Of a stretch of 64,000 nucleotides of DNA, positions 27,247 to 35,077 are shown one piece after another. The stretch is from Verrucomicrobiota bacterium (GTDB taxonomy: Bacteria; Verrucomicrobiota; Verrucomicrobiia; Opitutales; JAKPNF01): contig JAKPNF010000079.1 of the NCBI GenBank assembly GCA_029548565.1, positions 2,101 to 66,100 of the forward strand. The letters run 5' to 3'. Position numbers and translations under genes: made by a program. Under the pieces are notes generated by a model, which ran no database searches, was not told the DNA's origin, and saw only the letters and a list, made by a program, of their open reading frames with translations. Positions within the stretch are counted from its first letter, which is position 1. Each line of letters opens with the position of its first letter.

Positions 27247-28254
27247 TTAAAGTTTCCAATTCCCCGAAAGCATAACCTTGCCCATGCGCCCCTTTTCGAG
27301 GTTGCGCGCGACGGCGGCCTTGGCCTCGGCAATCGGGTAGATTTTTTCGACGGGCATTTTCAGCACGCCCGCGGCCATCAGCTCGAAGACGCCCTTGAGC
27401 GCGGCGAGGTATTCCTCGCGCGAATGCGTGCGGTTCCATTTGTCCATCCAAAACCCGCGCAGGCGCAGGTCGCTAAAAATCAAAAAGCGCGTGGGGAAAC
27501 GGATGGCTTCGGTGCTGGCGCCGCCGAGTGTGACGATCGTGCCGCCGTCGGCCATCGATTTTATCTGGCGCCACACGCTGTTGCCGCCGACGGTGTTGAT
27601 TCCCAGGCGGATCGCCCCACCGTTGGTCAGCTCTTTGAGCTGCTTGGGAAATTCGTCGTCGTCCAACAAAACGATATCCGCGCCCGCCTCTTTGAGCATG
27701 TTTTCCCAACGCAAATCGCGCACGACCGAAATCGTCTTGAGCCCGCGCGCGCGGCACAATTGCGTGAGCGCAAAGCCCAGCGCGGAGGAGGCAGCGTTTT
27801 GAATCACCCAGTCGCCGGGTTTCAGATCGTTGGCAAAAGTTTCCAAAAGCACATAGGCAGTCAAGCCGTTGACAAAAGCCTGCGCCGCCTGCTCGGTCGG
27901 GACGTTTTCGGGAATTTCGATGAGATCGGCCGCCTTAAACGTGCCCGCCTCGCGCCACACGCCGGGTTCCTCGGGAAAACGCACGCGCGTGCCGATTGTT
28001 ACATTCTTCACATCGGCGCCCACGGCCACGACCTCGCCCACGCCCTCGCGCCCTGCGATCGCGGGCAAAGCGCGCAGCCGCCCGTACGAGCCGCCTATCA
28101 TCCCCATGTCGGATGGGTTGATACTCGCGCAGCGCAGCGCCACGACCGCCTCGTCTGGCTGGGGAACTGGGACGTCAATCGGTTCCACGGCCAAAACGTC
28201 TTTGGGATCCCCGTTGGTATGATGGCGCACGGCCAAAGCGGTTTGCAGGTTCAT
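27247..28254 (-). CDS. MDR-superfamily NADPH-dependent reductase, MECR/Etr1-like (2-enoyl thioester reductase-like)
   Basis: CASINPSDMGMIGGSYG resembles the INPSDIN-x-IQG-x-Y motif of MECR/Etr1. The nucleotide-binding segment NAASSALGFAL lacks zinc ligands. Confidence 0.6.
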   Translation of the reverse strand: MNLQTALAVRHHTNGDPKDVLAVEPIDVPVPQPDEAVVALRCASINPSDMGMIGGSYGRLRALPAIAGREGVGEVVAVGADVKNVTIGTRVRFPEEPGVWREAGTFKAADLIEIPENVPTEQAAQAFVNGLTAYVLLETFANDLKPGDWVIQNAASSALGFALTQLCRARGLKTISVVRDLRWENMLKEAGADIVLLDDDEFPKQLKELTNGGAIRLGINTVGGNSVWRQIKSMADGGTIVTLGGASTEAIRFPTRFLIFSDLRLRGFWMDKWNRTHSREEYLAALKGVFELMAAGVLKMPVEKIYPIAEAKAAVARNLEKGRMGKVMLSGNWKL

Positions 28255-28324
28255 GATCTTTTTATTATTGTGGAGGTTTTACACAAAGTAAAATCCCAAA
28301 AAATTTCCGCCTCTTTATATAGAT

Positions 28325-30361
28325 ATGCAAACGACCGAAGCTCACCCCTTTTTGCAAACCGACTGTGCCGTGCGCTGGAGCGCGCTGACGCCCGAACACG
28401 TCGTGCCCGACATCACGGCGGCGCTCAAGACCGCGCGCGGGAGAATTGAAAAAATCGGCGCACAAGCGGCGGATACCCTTTCCTACGAAAACAGCTTCGG
28501 CGCGTTCGAGGCCGCGCTAGAGCCGCTTAACACCGCGTGGAATTACGTCGGCCACCTGGACAGCGTCGCCAACTCCCCCGAACTGCGCAAGGCGCACAAC
28601 GAGATGCTGCCGCTTGTCAGCGAATTTCATTCGCGCCTGTACGTGGACAAGGCGCTGTGGAATGTCCTGAAAACCTTCGCGCAAAGTGCGCCCGCCCAAA
28701 CACTCGACCAAGCGCGCGCACGTTTCGTGAGCGAAGTGAGCGCGGATTTCCGCGAAAACGGCGCCGACCTGCCCGAAGACAAGCGCGCCCGCCTCGTGGA
28801 GATCGACGCCGAGCTGGCGCAACTCACGCAGAAATTTTCCGAGAACGTCCTGGACGCCACCAACGCCTTTTCGCTCGTCGTCGAAGACGAGGCGCAATTA
28901 GAAGGCCTGCCCGCTTCCGCGGTCGAGGCCGCCGCGCTGGACGCGAAACAGCACAATGCCCCCGGTTGGCGTTTCACCCTGCACGAGCCTGTCTTGCACC
29001 CTGTCCTGCAATACGCCGACAACGAACCGCTGCGCCGCACGCTGTGGGAGGCGTTCAACGCAGTCGGACGCGAGCAACCGTACGACAACAAGCCCCTCGT
29101 CCCGCGTATTCTTGAATTGCGCGATGAAAAGGCGCGGCTGCTGGGCTTCGACAATTTTTCCGACTACGTCCTTTCGCGCCGCATGGCGAAAACAGGCAAG
29201 CGCGCTTTGGATTTTATCGAAGACCTGCACACGCGCGTCGAAAAAAAATTCAAGGAGGAATGCGCCGAACTGGAAACCTTCAAAGCCGAAACGCTCAACA
29301 GCACCCCCGAGCCGCTGGAGCCCTGGGAACTTTCCTATTGGGCGGAAAAACTACGCAAGGCACGCACCGATTTCGACGGCGAGCAGCTGCGCCCTTACTT
29401 TGAAGTCTCGCGCGTGATTCATGGACTGTTCACGCTCTCGCAAAAACTTTTCGGCATATCGATCACGGAAAATAAAAGCGTCGAACGCTGGCACGAGAGC
29501 GTCAAAGCCTGCGACGTCTTTGACAGCGACTCGGGCGAAAAAATCGGCCTGTTTTACGCCGACTGGCATCCGCGCGTAACCAAGCGCTCGGGCGCGTGGA
29601 TGAACCCGCTAAAAGACACGCCGCAAATAGGCTGCGTGTGCGGCAACATGACCGCCCCCACTGCAGAAAAGCCCGCGCTGCTCACACACGAGGAGGCCAC
29701 CGTCGTCTTCCACGAATTCGGCCACCTGCTGCACCACCTACTCGGAAAAGTGCCCGTCAAATCCTTAAACGGCACCAACGTCGCCTGGGATTTTGTCGAA
29801 CTGCCCTCTCAAATCATGGAGAACTGGTGCTGGGAACCGGAAGCGTTAAAATTGTTCGCGCGCCACTGGCAGACCAACGAACCACTGCCGCAAGCGTTTC
29901 TGGAAAAAATGCTGAAGGCAAAAAATTTCCGCTCCGCCAGCTTCGCCATGCGCCAGCTCTCCTTCGGCAAACTCGATCTGGAAATGCACCTAAACGCCGC
30001 CGTGCGCCAAGGTGACCTGGAAGCCAACCTGAAAGCCGCCCTAAAAAACTACACCGCCCCGCTCAAGCGCGACACCCCCACCATCCTCTACCACTTCAAT
30101 CACCTATTCAGCGGCCCGGTCGCCTACGCCAGCGGCTACTACTCCTACAAGTGGGCGGAAGTCCTCGAAGCCGACGCCTTCACCCGCTTCCAAAAAGAAG
30201 GTATCCTGAATCCAGAAACCGGAAAAGCCTTCCGCGACACCATCCTCTCCCAAGGCAACCTCCAAGACCCCGAAACCCTCTTCCAAAACTTCCTGCACCG
30301 CCCCCCCAACCCCAACGCCCTGCTCAAACGCGAAGGTTTATTGGGAGAAGAAGGAAGATAG
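28325..30361 (+). CDS. M3-family zinc oligopeptidase (oligopeptidase A / Dcp-like)
   Basis: HEFGHLLHH zinc motif with downstream E (FVELPSQIMENW). About 680 aa. Confidence 0.88.
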   Translation: MQTTEAHPFLQTDCAVRWSALTPEHVVPDITAALKTARGRIEKIGAQAADTLSYENSFGAFEAALEPLNTAWNYVGHLDSVANSPELRKAHNEMLPLVSEFHSRLYVDKALWNVLKTFAQSAPAQTLDQARARFVSEVSADFRENGADLPEDKRARLVEIDAELAQLTQKFSENVLDATNAFSLVVEDEAQLEGLPASAVEAAALDAKQHNAPGWRFTLHEPVLHPVLQYADNEPLRRTLWEAFNAVGREQPYDNKPLVPRILELRDEKARLLGFDNFSDYVLSRRMAKTGKRALDFIEDLHTRVEKKFKEECAELETFKAETLNSTPEPLEPWELSYWAEKLRKARTDFDGEQLRPYFEVSRVIHGLFTLSQKLFGISITENKSVERWHESVKACDVFDSDSGEKIGLFYADWHPRVTKRSGAWMNPLKDTPQIGCVCGNMTAPTAEKPALLTHEEATVVFHEFGHLLHHLLGKVPVKSLNGTNVAWDFVELPSQIMENWCWEPEALKLFARHWQTNEPLPQAFLEKMLKAKNFRSASFAMRQLSFGKLDLEMHLNAAVRQGDLEANLKAALKNYTAPLKRDTPTILYHFNHLFSGPVAYASGYYSYKWAEVLEADAFTRFQKEGILNPETGKAFRDTILSQGNLQDPETLFQNFLHRPPNPNALLKREGLLGEEGR

Positions 30362-30368
30362 CGAATGC

Positions 30369-30402
30369 GGGGGAACCTTTTTTTGAAAAAAAAGGTTCCC
30401 CC
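30369..30402. terminator. Perfect palindromic hairpin downstream of the M3 peptidase gene
   Basis: GGGGGAACC-TTTTTTTGAAAAAAAA-GGTTCCCCC. The T/A tracts can extend the stem. Begins 8 nt after the stop codon. Confidence 0.7.
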
Positions 30403-30538
30403 GTACCCCCTCCCAAAAAACTTTGATGACGGATGCTGGCGCATCCTTACCTGCACCCGACAAGTCACGCCTACCCGCAAGCCCTTCTAAAATAATACTG
30501 CACTGCGGCCATCTTTGCTCCGTGCAGCTTTCCCGCAA

Positions 30539-30645
30539 GTGAAAATCCTTCAGGGCGGATTTTGCCGCAGGATAGATGGCGGCACGTACGAGACTACTTG
30601 TCCCCATCGTAAGACAAGGCAAAATTCGCCCTGAAGGATTTTCAC
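30539..30645. repeat. Long inverted repeat (28-bp arms, 27/28 match, 51-nt spacer) in a convergent intergenic region
   Basis: Left arm is GTGAAAATCCTTCAGGGCGGATTTTGCC (30539-30566). Right arm is GGCAAAATTCGCCCTGAAGGATTTTCAC (30618-30645). The flanks TCCCGCAA / CGCGGGA extend the pairing imperfectly. Confidence 0.85.
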
Positions 30646-30774
30646 CGCGGGAACGCGTGAAGATCGCCGATAGGCGAGATTTATGCGGATATATGAGGCA
30701 GCGTCCGTCATTCTGTTGGCCATCCCGTCCAGCGCCAGCACCTCCGCCGCGCGCAGCGCCGCACTCTTTTATTC

Positions 30775-31938
30775 TTAATTCAAAACTATTTTTAAATTGC
30801 GGCGCAGATAAGTTGGGACATCCAAGTCCTCGCCATTGCGCAACGTCGGCTGCGTCCCGTCAAAATAGCCGCGCTGAGCCTGTGTACTGACAAAACCAAA
30901 TTCCTCCTGACTGACGGGCTGTTTTTTTGTTGGCTCGCGCGGCGGTTCGGTCGGCGCCTTTACCGGTTTGGCGGCGTCGCCTGTGCCAAAAAGATAGACC
31001 TCCACGGCGTCGCCGAGCGACTCGTAGGTATAAGCGCACACCAGCATCGTCGCGTGGAAGGGGAATTTTTCGGCGATGAAGGCGGAGAGTTTGTTCAGCA
31101 GTGAAATGTCGAAATCCGGCCGCGCGCACAAGTAGACCATCAGCGTGCCCGTGTGCGAGGTGGCTTGGGGGATGCGCATCAGCGGGCAGTCCATGAGGTT
31201 CGTCAGCGCCTCGTCGAAAGCGTCCTTGCCCTCGCCGCGGCCGATCGAAAAGAGGGTCTTGCCCGCCTTGCCCACGAGCATTTTTTGCACGGATCCGAAA
31301 TCGACCATCGCCGCCGCGCGCGGCGAGAAACTGCGGCACAGCGCGCCCACGGCGCGGCAGATCCACTGCCCTGCCAGTTGAAAAACTTCCGGCGCGGTGG
31401 CGTCTGCGCCCAGCGACTGCATGAGCAAATCGCCCGGCAGCGCGAAGATGCTGTCCGCCCCGCACAGGCGCAGTACTTTGAGCGCCTCCTCGCTTTGGCG
31501 GTGGCGCCGCGCGCCCTCGACCATGAAGGGCATCGAGGCAAAGACAACGGTCAGCGCCCCGCTTTGCGAGGCTATCTGCGCCACGACGGGCGAGGCTCCG
31601 CAAGCCGTGCCGCCGCCCAGCCCCGCGATGATGAACACAAATTTAAAACCCTCCAGCGCCTGCGCGATGCGCTCGCGGTCGGCTTCGGCGGCGCGGCGGC
31701 CCACATCGGCCTCCCCGCCCGCGCTCAGGCCCCGCGTGACGTTTTGGCCTATCATGAGTTTTTCCGGGATATGCGAAAGCGCCAGCGCCGTGGCGTCTGT
31801 GTCCAGCGCGCACAGTTGCGCCTCTTTCAGGCCGCTTGCGTGCAAGCGTGACAAGGCCGCGATGCCCGCGGCGCCCACGCCCACGATTTTGATTCGCGGG
31901 ATGTCCGTTGCGGTCAGAGGAATGTCTGCCTGGCTCAT
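30775..31938 (-). CDS. ftsZ: Cell-division tubulin homologue FtsZ (divergent nucleotide-binding loops)
   Basis: Collinear with E. coli FtsZ (IKIVGVG..., LDTDATAL, FIIAGLGGGTACGASPVVA, MPFMVEGARR). Has the C-terminal FtsA-binding-type peptide DLDVPTYLRR. Last gene of the dcw cluster. Confidence 0.88.
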   Translation of the reverse strand: MSQADIPLTATDIPRIKIVGVGAAGIAALSRLHASGLKEAQLCALDTDATALALSHIPEKLMIGQNVTRGLSAGGEADVGRRAAEADRERIAQALEGFKFVFIIAGLGGGTACGASPVVAQIASQSGALTVVFASMPFMVEGARRHRQSEEALKVLRLCGADSIFALPGDLLMQSLGADATAPEVFQLAGQWICRAVGALCRSFSPRAAAMVDFGSVQKMLVGKAGKTLFSIGRGEGKDAFDEALTNLMDCPLMRIPQATSHTGTLMVYLCARPDFDISLLNKLSAFIAEKFPFHATMLVCAYTYESLGDAVEVYLFGTGDAAKPVKAPTEPPREPTKKQPVSQEEFGFVSTQAQRGYFDGTQPTLRNGEDLDVPTYLRRNLKIVLN

Positions 31939-33143
31939 GATTCGGATTTGAAGAAAGTGGCGAGTTTGCCCAGCAGCCCGCGCTTGGGGGTGCTGGCGGT
32001 TTGGCCGCGCTCCATGCTGCCGAGTTTGAGCACGCCCAAAACGGCGGCAAATTCCGGCCCGGCCAATTCCTCGGACACGCCCGCGGTGGGCTCGGCACAG
32101 CGCGCGGAGACTTTGAAGGCGCGCCCGGCCAATAGGTCGATGCCGTCCAGACGCGAGGAGCCGCCCGTGAGCACCACGCCGCCGGGGATGATCTCGGGAT
32201 CGGCCAGCGCACCCAAATCGGCTTTGATGATTTCAAAAAGCTCGTTGACGCGCGCCATGAGAATTTGCGCGATGGCCTCGCGGCGCACGGGGCGGTCGCC
32301 GACGTTCTTGTCGCCCAGCAGCCAGACTTTTTCGTCTTTGCCGACATGCTCGAGCGCGGCGCTGGCGTGGGTGATTTTTAACTTGTCCGCGCTCAAGGTG
32401 CCGATGCGCAGGCCAAAGGCCAGATCGTTGGTCATGTGGTCGCCGCCCACGGGCACGACGCCGGTGAAACAGGGATAACCCGCGCGGTACAGCACGTACT
32501 CCGTGCAGCCCGCCCCGATGTCGAGCACCAGCACGCCCATGCGCCGCTCGGTCTCGGTGGCCGCCATGCGCGCGGCGGCGATGCCGGAGAAAATCAGCTC
32601 GGTGACCTTCAAGTTGTAGGCCGACAAAATGGAAATGCGGTCGCGGATTTTGGATTCCTCGCCGTAAATATGCCAGTAGTCCACCTCCAGTCGGCGGCCC
32701 TGCATGCCGAGGGGATTGGCGAGCGTCTCGCCGTCGAGCCGATAGGCGTTAACCGCATGGTTAATATACAGGCGCCCGCCGGGAAGCTCCTTGCTCTTGG
32801 CGTCCACCGCCGCGCGGCGCATATCCTCGTAGGTGACCTTGTTGTCGGCACTGGCGACGTTCACGCTGCCGGTGGAACCCATGCCGCACACGTCGGGGCC
32901 GCTATAGGCCAGAAAAACATCGGACAGTTGCGTCTTCGCTTTTTTTTCCGCCGCGGCCAGCGCCGCGTGGACGCTGTTGCCGACCCCGGGCAAATCCAGA
33001 ATATCTCCCTTGCGCATGCCCGCCACGGAGCTAACGCCCATGCCCAGAATCTCCGGCGCGCCGTTCTCGAAGACCTCGCCCACCACGGCCACCGTTTTAT
33101 TGGTGCCGATGTCGACCGCTCCGATGATTCTGCTTTGCGCCAT
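31935..33143 (-). CDS. ftsA: Cell-division protein FtsA (actin-like ATPase)
   Basis: IIGAVDIGTNKTVAVVGEV, VLVLDIGAGCTE, GVVLTGGSS. Sits between ftsQ and ftsZ, with an ATGA overlap to ftsZ. Confidence 0.9.
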   Translation of the reverse strand: MAQSRIIGAVDIGTNKTVAVVGEVFENGAPEILGMGVSSVAGMRKGDILDLPGVGNSVHAALAAAEKKAKTQLSDVFLAYSGPDVCGMGSTGSVNVASADNKVTYEDMRRAAVDAKSKELPGGRLYINHAVNAYRLDGETLANPLGMQGRRLEVDYWHIYGEESKIRDRISILSAYNLKVTELIFSGIAAARMAATETERRMGVLVLDIGAGCTEYVLYRAGYPCFTGVVPVGGDHMTNDLAFGLRIGTLSADKLKITHASAALEHVGKDEKVWLLGDKNVGDRPVRREAIAQILMARVNELFEIIKADLGALADPEIIPGGVVLTGGSSRLDGIDLLAGRAFKVSARCAEPTAGVSEELAGPEFAAVLGVLKLGSMERGQTASTPKRGLLGKLATFFKSES

Positions 33144-33195
33144 GTGAATAGTTTGAAAAAGTCTAACGGATAAAGTCCCTCAAGAGAATTACTTT

Positions 33196-34173
33196 TTAAC
33201 GCCGCCGCGCTCCTGGCGACACCGTGACGGTGCGCGGGGGTTGCCCGCCCTGCCCGTCCTGCAACTGGGCGACGGCCATGCCGTCGGTGGACAGGTCGAT
33301 GCGTTTGACCTTCAGATTTTTGCTCGCGAAATCGTTGACCGCCGTGGCCAGATAATCGAGCTGGCGGGCGAACTGGCGCGGGGCAAAGACGATCTCGCCC
33401 AGGTTTTCGCTTTTCACACGAATGACAGACCAGGGCGCCGCCACGTCGCCGTCGAAATCCTCCAGGGAAACGACCTTGAACTGCGCGCGCACATTGGGCA
33501 AACGAGCGCGCGCCTCGTCGAGCAGTTCGGCCACGGTGGACATCCCGGCAAGGGGCGCGTAGCCTTTCTCGGCGCGGCGCAAGAGCACGCCGTCGAGCCA
33601 CGGCAATTCGCGCAGCGTGGACTGCGCGTACTGGCGCCCCTGATAGACGGCACCGCGGCGCGAGACCAGGTACATCGCCTTGCGCCCATCGGGCAGCGCC
33701 ACGGCCACGCGCGCGACCGGTTCCTCCTCGACCAGCCGTATCTTTAAAATATCCGGCCAGATGCGCTCCAAGCTCGCCTGGCGCACCTGCACGGTATCCT
33801 CGAGTTTTTTTTGCAGTTGCTTGACGTCCGGCTCAAAGTTTTCTGCCCCAAAGCCGATGAAATCCTGCACCCATTGCTGTGAGAGCACGCCGCTGGTCGA
33901 ATAGTCGAGCGTGCTGACCGGCTGCATGGGTTCGCCCAGATGTAAAATCTGCGGATGCTCGCGCACGTATTTGACCGCCCACAGCACGCCGAGGATGCAC
34001 GCGCACAGCAAGCAGGCGTAAAAAATCCCCTTGAAAAAAGAACGCAGACGCCGCCGTTTCATGACGGGGGACGTCAGCGGCGCGGCGCGGTTATCCGCCG
34101 GGCCGACGCTGCGCCAGGAGCGCACGTTTATGTCCTCGAAGTCATCCATCGTGGCGTGTGCCGTGGCGGCCAA
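33196..34173 (-). CDS. ftsQ: Cell-division protein FtsQ (bitopic, POTRA-type)
   Basis: Single TM FFKGIFYACLLCACILGVLWAV followed by a periplasmic domain. Sits between ddl and ftsA. An alternative start is at 34149. Confidence 0.75.
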   Translation of the reverse strand: MAATAHATMDDFEDINVRSWRSVGPADNRAAPLTSPVMKRRRLRSFFKGIFYACLLCACILGVLWAVKYVREHPQILHLGEPMQPVSTLDYSTSGVLSQQWVQDFIGFGAENFEPDVKQLQKKLEDTVQVRQASLERIWPDILKIRLVEEEPVARVAVALPDGRKAMYLVSRRGAVYQGRQYAQSTLRELPWLDGVLLRRAEKGYAPLAGMSTVAELLDEARARLPNVRAQFKVVSLEDFDGDVAAPWSVIRVKSENLGEIVFAPRQFARQLDYLATAVNDFASKNLKVKRIDLSTDGMAVAQLQDGQGGQPPRTVTVSPGARRR

Positions 34174-35077
34174 AAGCCCCTTGCAGCATTTTTAGGACAA
34201 GCGCGGGGAAGTCCAGCCCCGCGCACGAGGCGCTCTTGGGCATGAGGCTCGTGGGCGTGAGGCCGGGAATCGTGTTGATTTCCAAAAGATAAAACGCGCC
34301 CTTTTCGTCCATGACAAAATCCACGCGCGCGAAATCGCGGCAGCCGCACACGTCAAACGAGCGGCTTGCGGCTGTCAACATCGCAGCCTGCGTTTGTTCG
34401 GGAAGCTTGGCGGGAAACTCGTAACGCGTGCTGCCCGCCGTGTACTTGTGCGCGTAATCGTACACGCCGCCTTCGGGTTTGATTTCCACGATACCCATCG
34501 GCTCGCCATACAAAACGCCTATCGCGAACTCGCGCCCGCGCACGCGCGGTTCCATCATCCAGTGACCCGAATTTATTTTATCCAACGCGGCTTGCAACGC
34601 CGCCTGCCCCTGCGTCATTTGAAGCCCGACACTGCTGCCGTCGCTAACGGGTTTTAAGACCAAATCCTCGCCGAGTGTTTTTATTATTTTTTCGGCGGCC
34701 GTTTTTTTCGTTCCTTCAAAAGTGAGTTGTTTAACCACAGGCACGCCGTGTTCGCGCACGCGTGTTTTGGTGTCGACCTTGTCCATGCACAGCGCGCTGC
34801 ACACCGCGTCGCAGCCCGCATAGGCGAAGCCGCCCTGCTCCAACAAGCGTTGCACGCCGCCGTCCTCGCCCCAGCTTCCATGAAAAACAGGGAAGATGAC
34901 TTCTCGCGCCGCATCGAGCGAGGCGGGCAATTTTTCCTCGCCGAGAATTTTAAACTCGCAGGGCAGTTGCGGGGCAAGCGCCTCGTAAACCGCGCGACCG
35001 GAGACGAGCGAGACCTCGCGCTCGCTGGAACAGCCGCCGCACAGGACGACCACGGGGGGGTAGTCCTGTGCGCTCAT
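34142..35077 (-). CDS. ddl: D-alanine--D-alanine ligase
   Basis: VLCGGCSSEREVSLVSGRAV, ATP-grasp region, and LLEINTIPGLTPTSL. Start set to Met at 35077, which forms an ATGA overlap with the murC-murB stop. Confidence 0.9.
   Translation of the reverse strand: MSAQDYPPVVVLCGGCSSEREVSLVSGRAVYEALAPQLPCEFKILGEEKLPASLDAAREVIFPVFHGSWGEDGGVQRLLEQGGFAYAGCDAVCSALCMDKVDTKTRVREHGVPVVKQLTFEGTKKTAAEKIIKTLGEDLVLKPVSDGSSVGLQMTQGQAALQAALDKINSGHWMMEPRVRGREFAIGVLYGEPMGIVEIKPEGGVYDYAHKYTAGSTRYEFPAKLPEQTQAAMLTAASRSFDVCGCRDFARVDFVMDEKGAFYLLEINTIPGLTPTSLMPKSASCAGLDFPALVLKMLQGAFGRHGTRHDG

Noticed and set aside
27088-28449. 453-aa plus-strand ORF over the MDR reductase gene; similar cases at 61224..62546, 45978..47120, 60163..61227, 712..2019 (minus) and 36502..37125
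   Set aside because: All are antisense to genes with clear family signatures and have Arg/Ala/Gly-rich, motif-free translations.
30338-30741. Small ORFs (94, 63 and 104 aa) in the peptidase-ftsZ intergenic region
   Set aside because: They overlap the hairpin and inverted-repeat structures and each other, and have no motifs or plausible starts. The region is better explained as non-coding.
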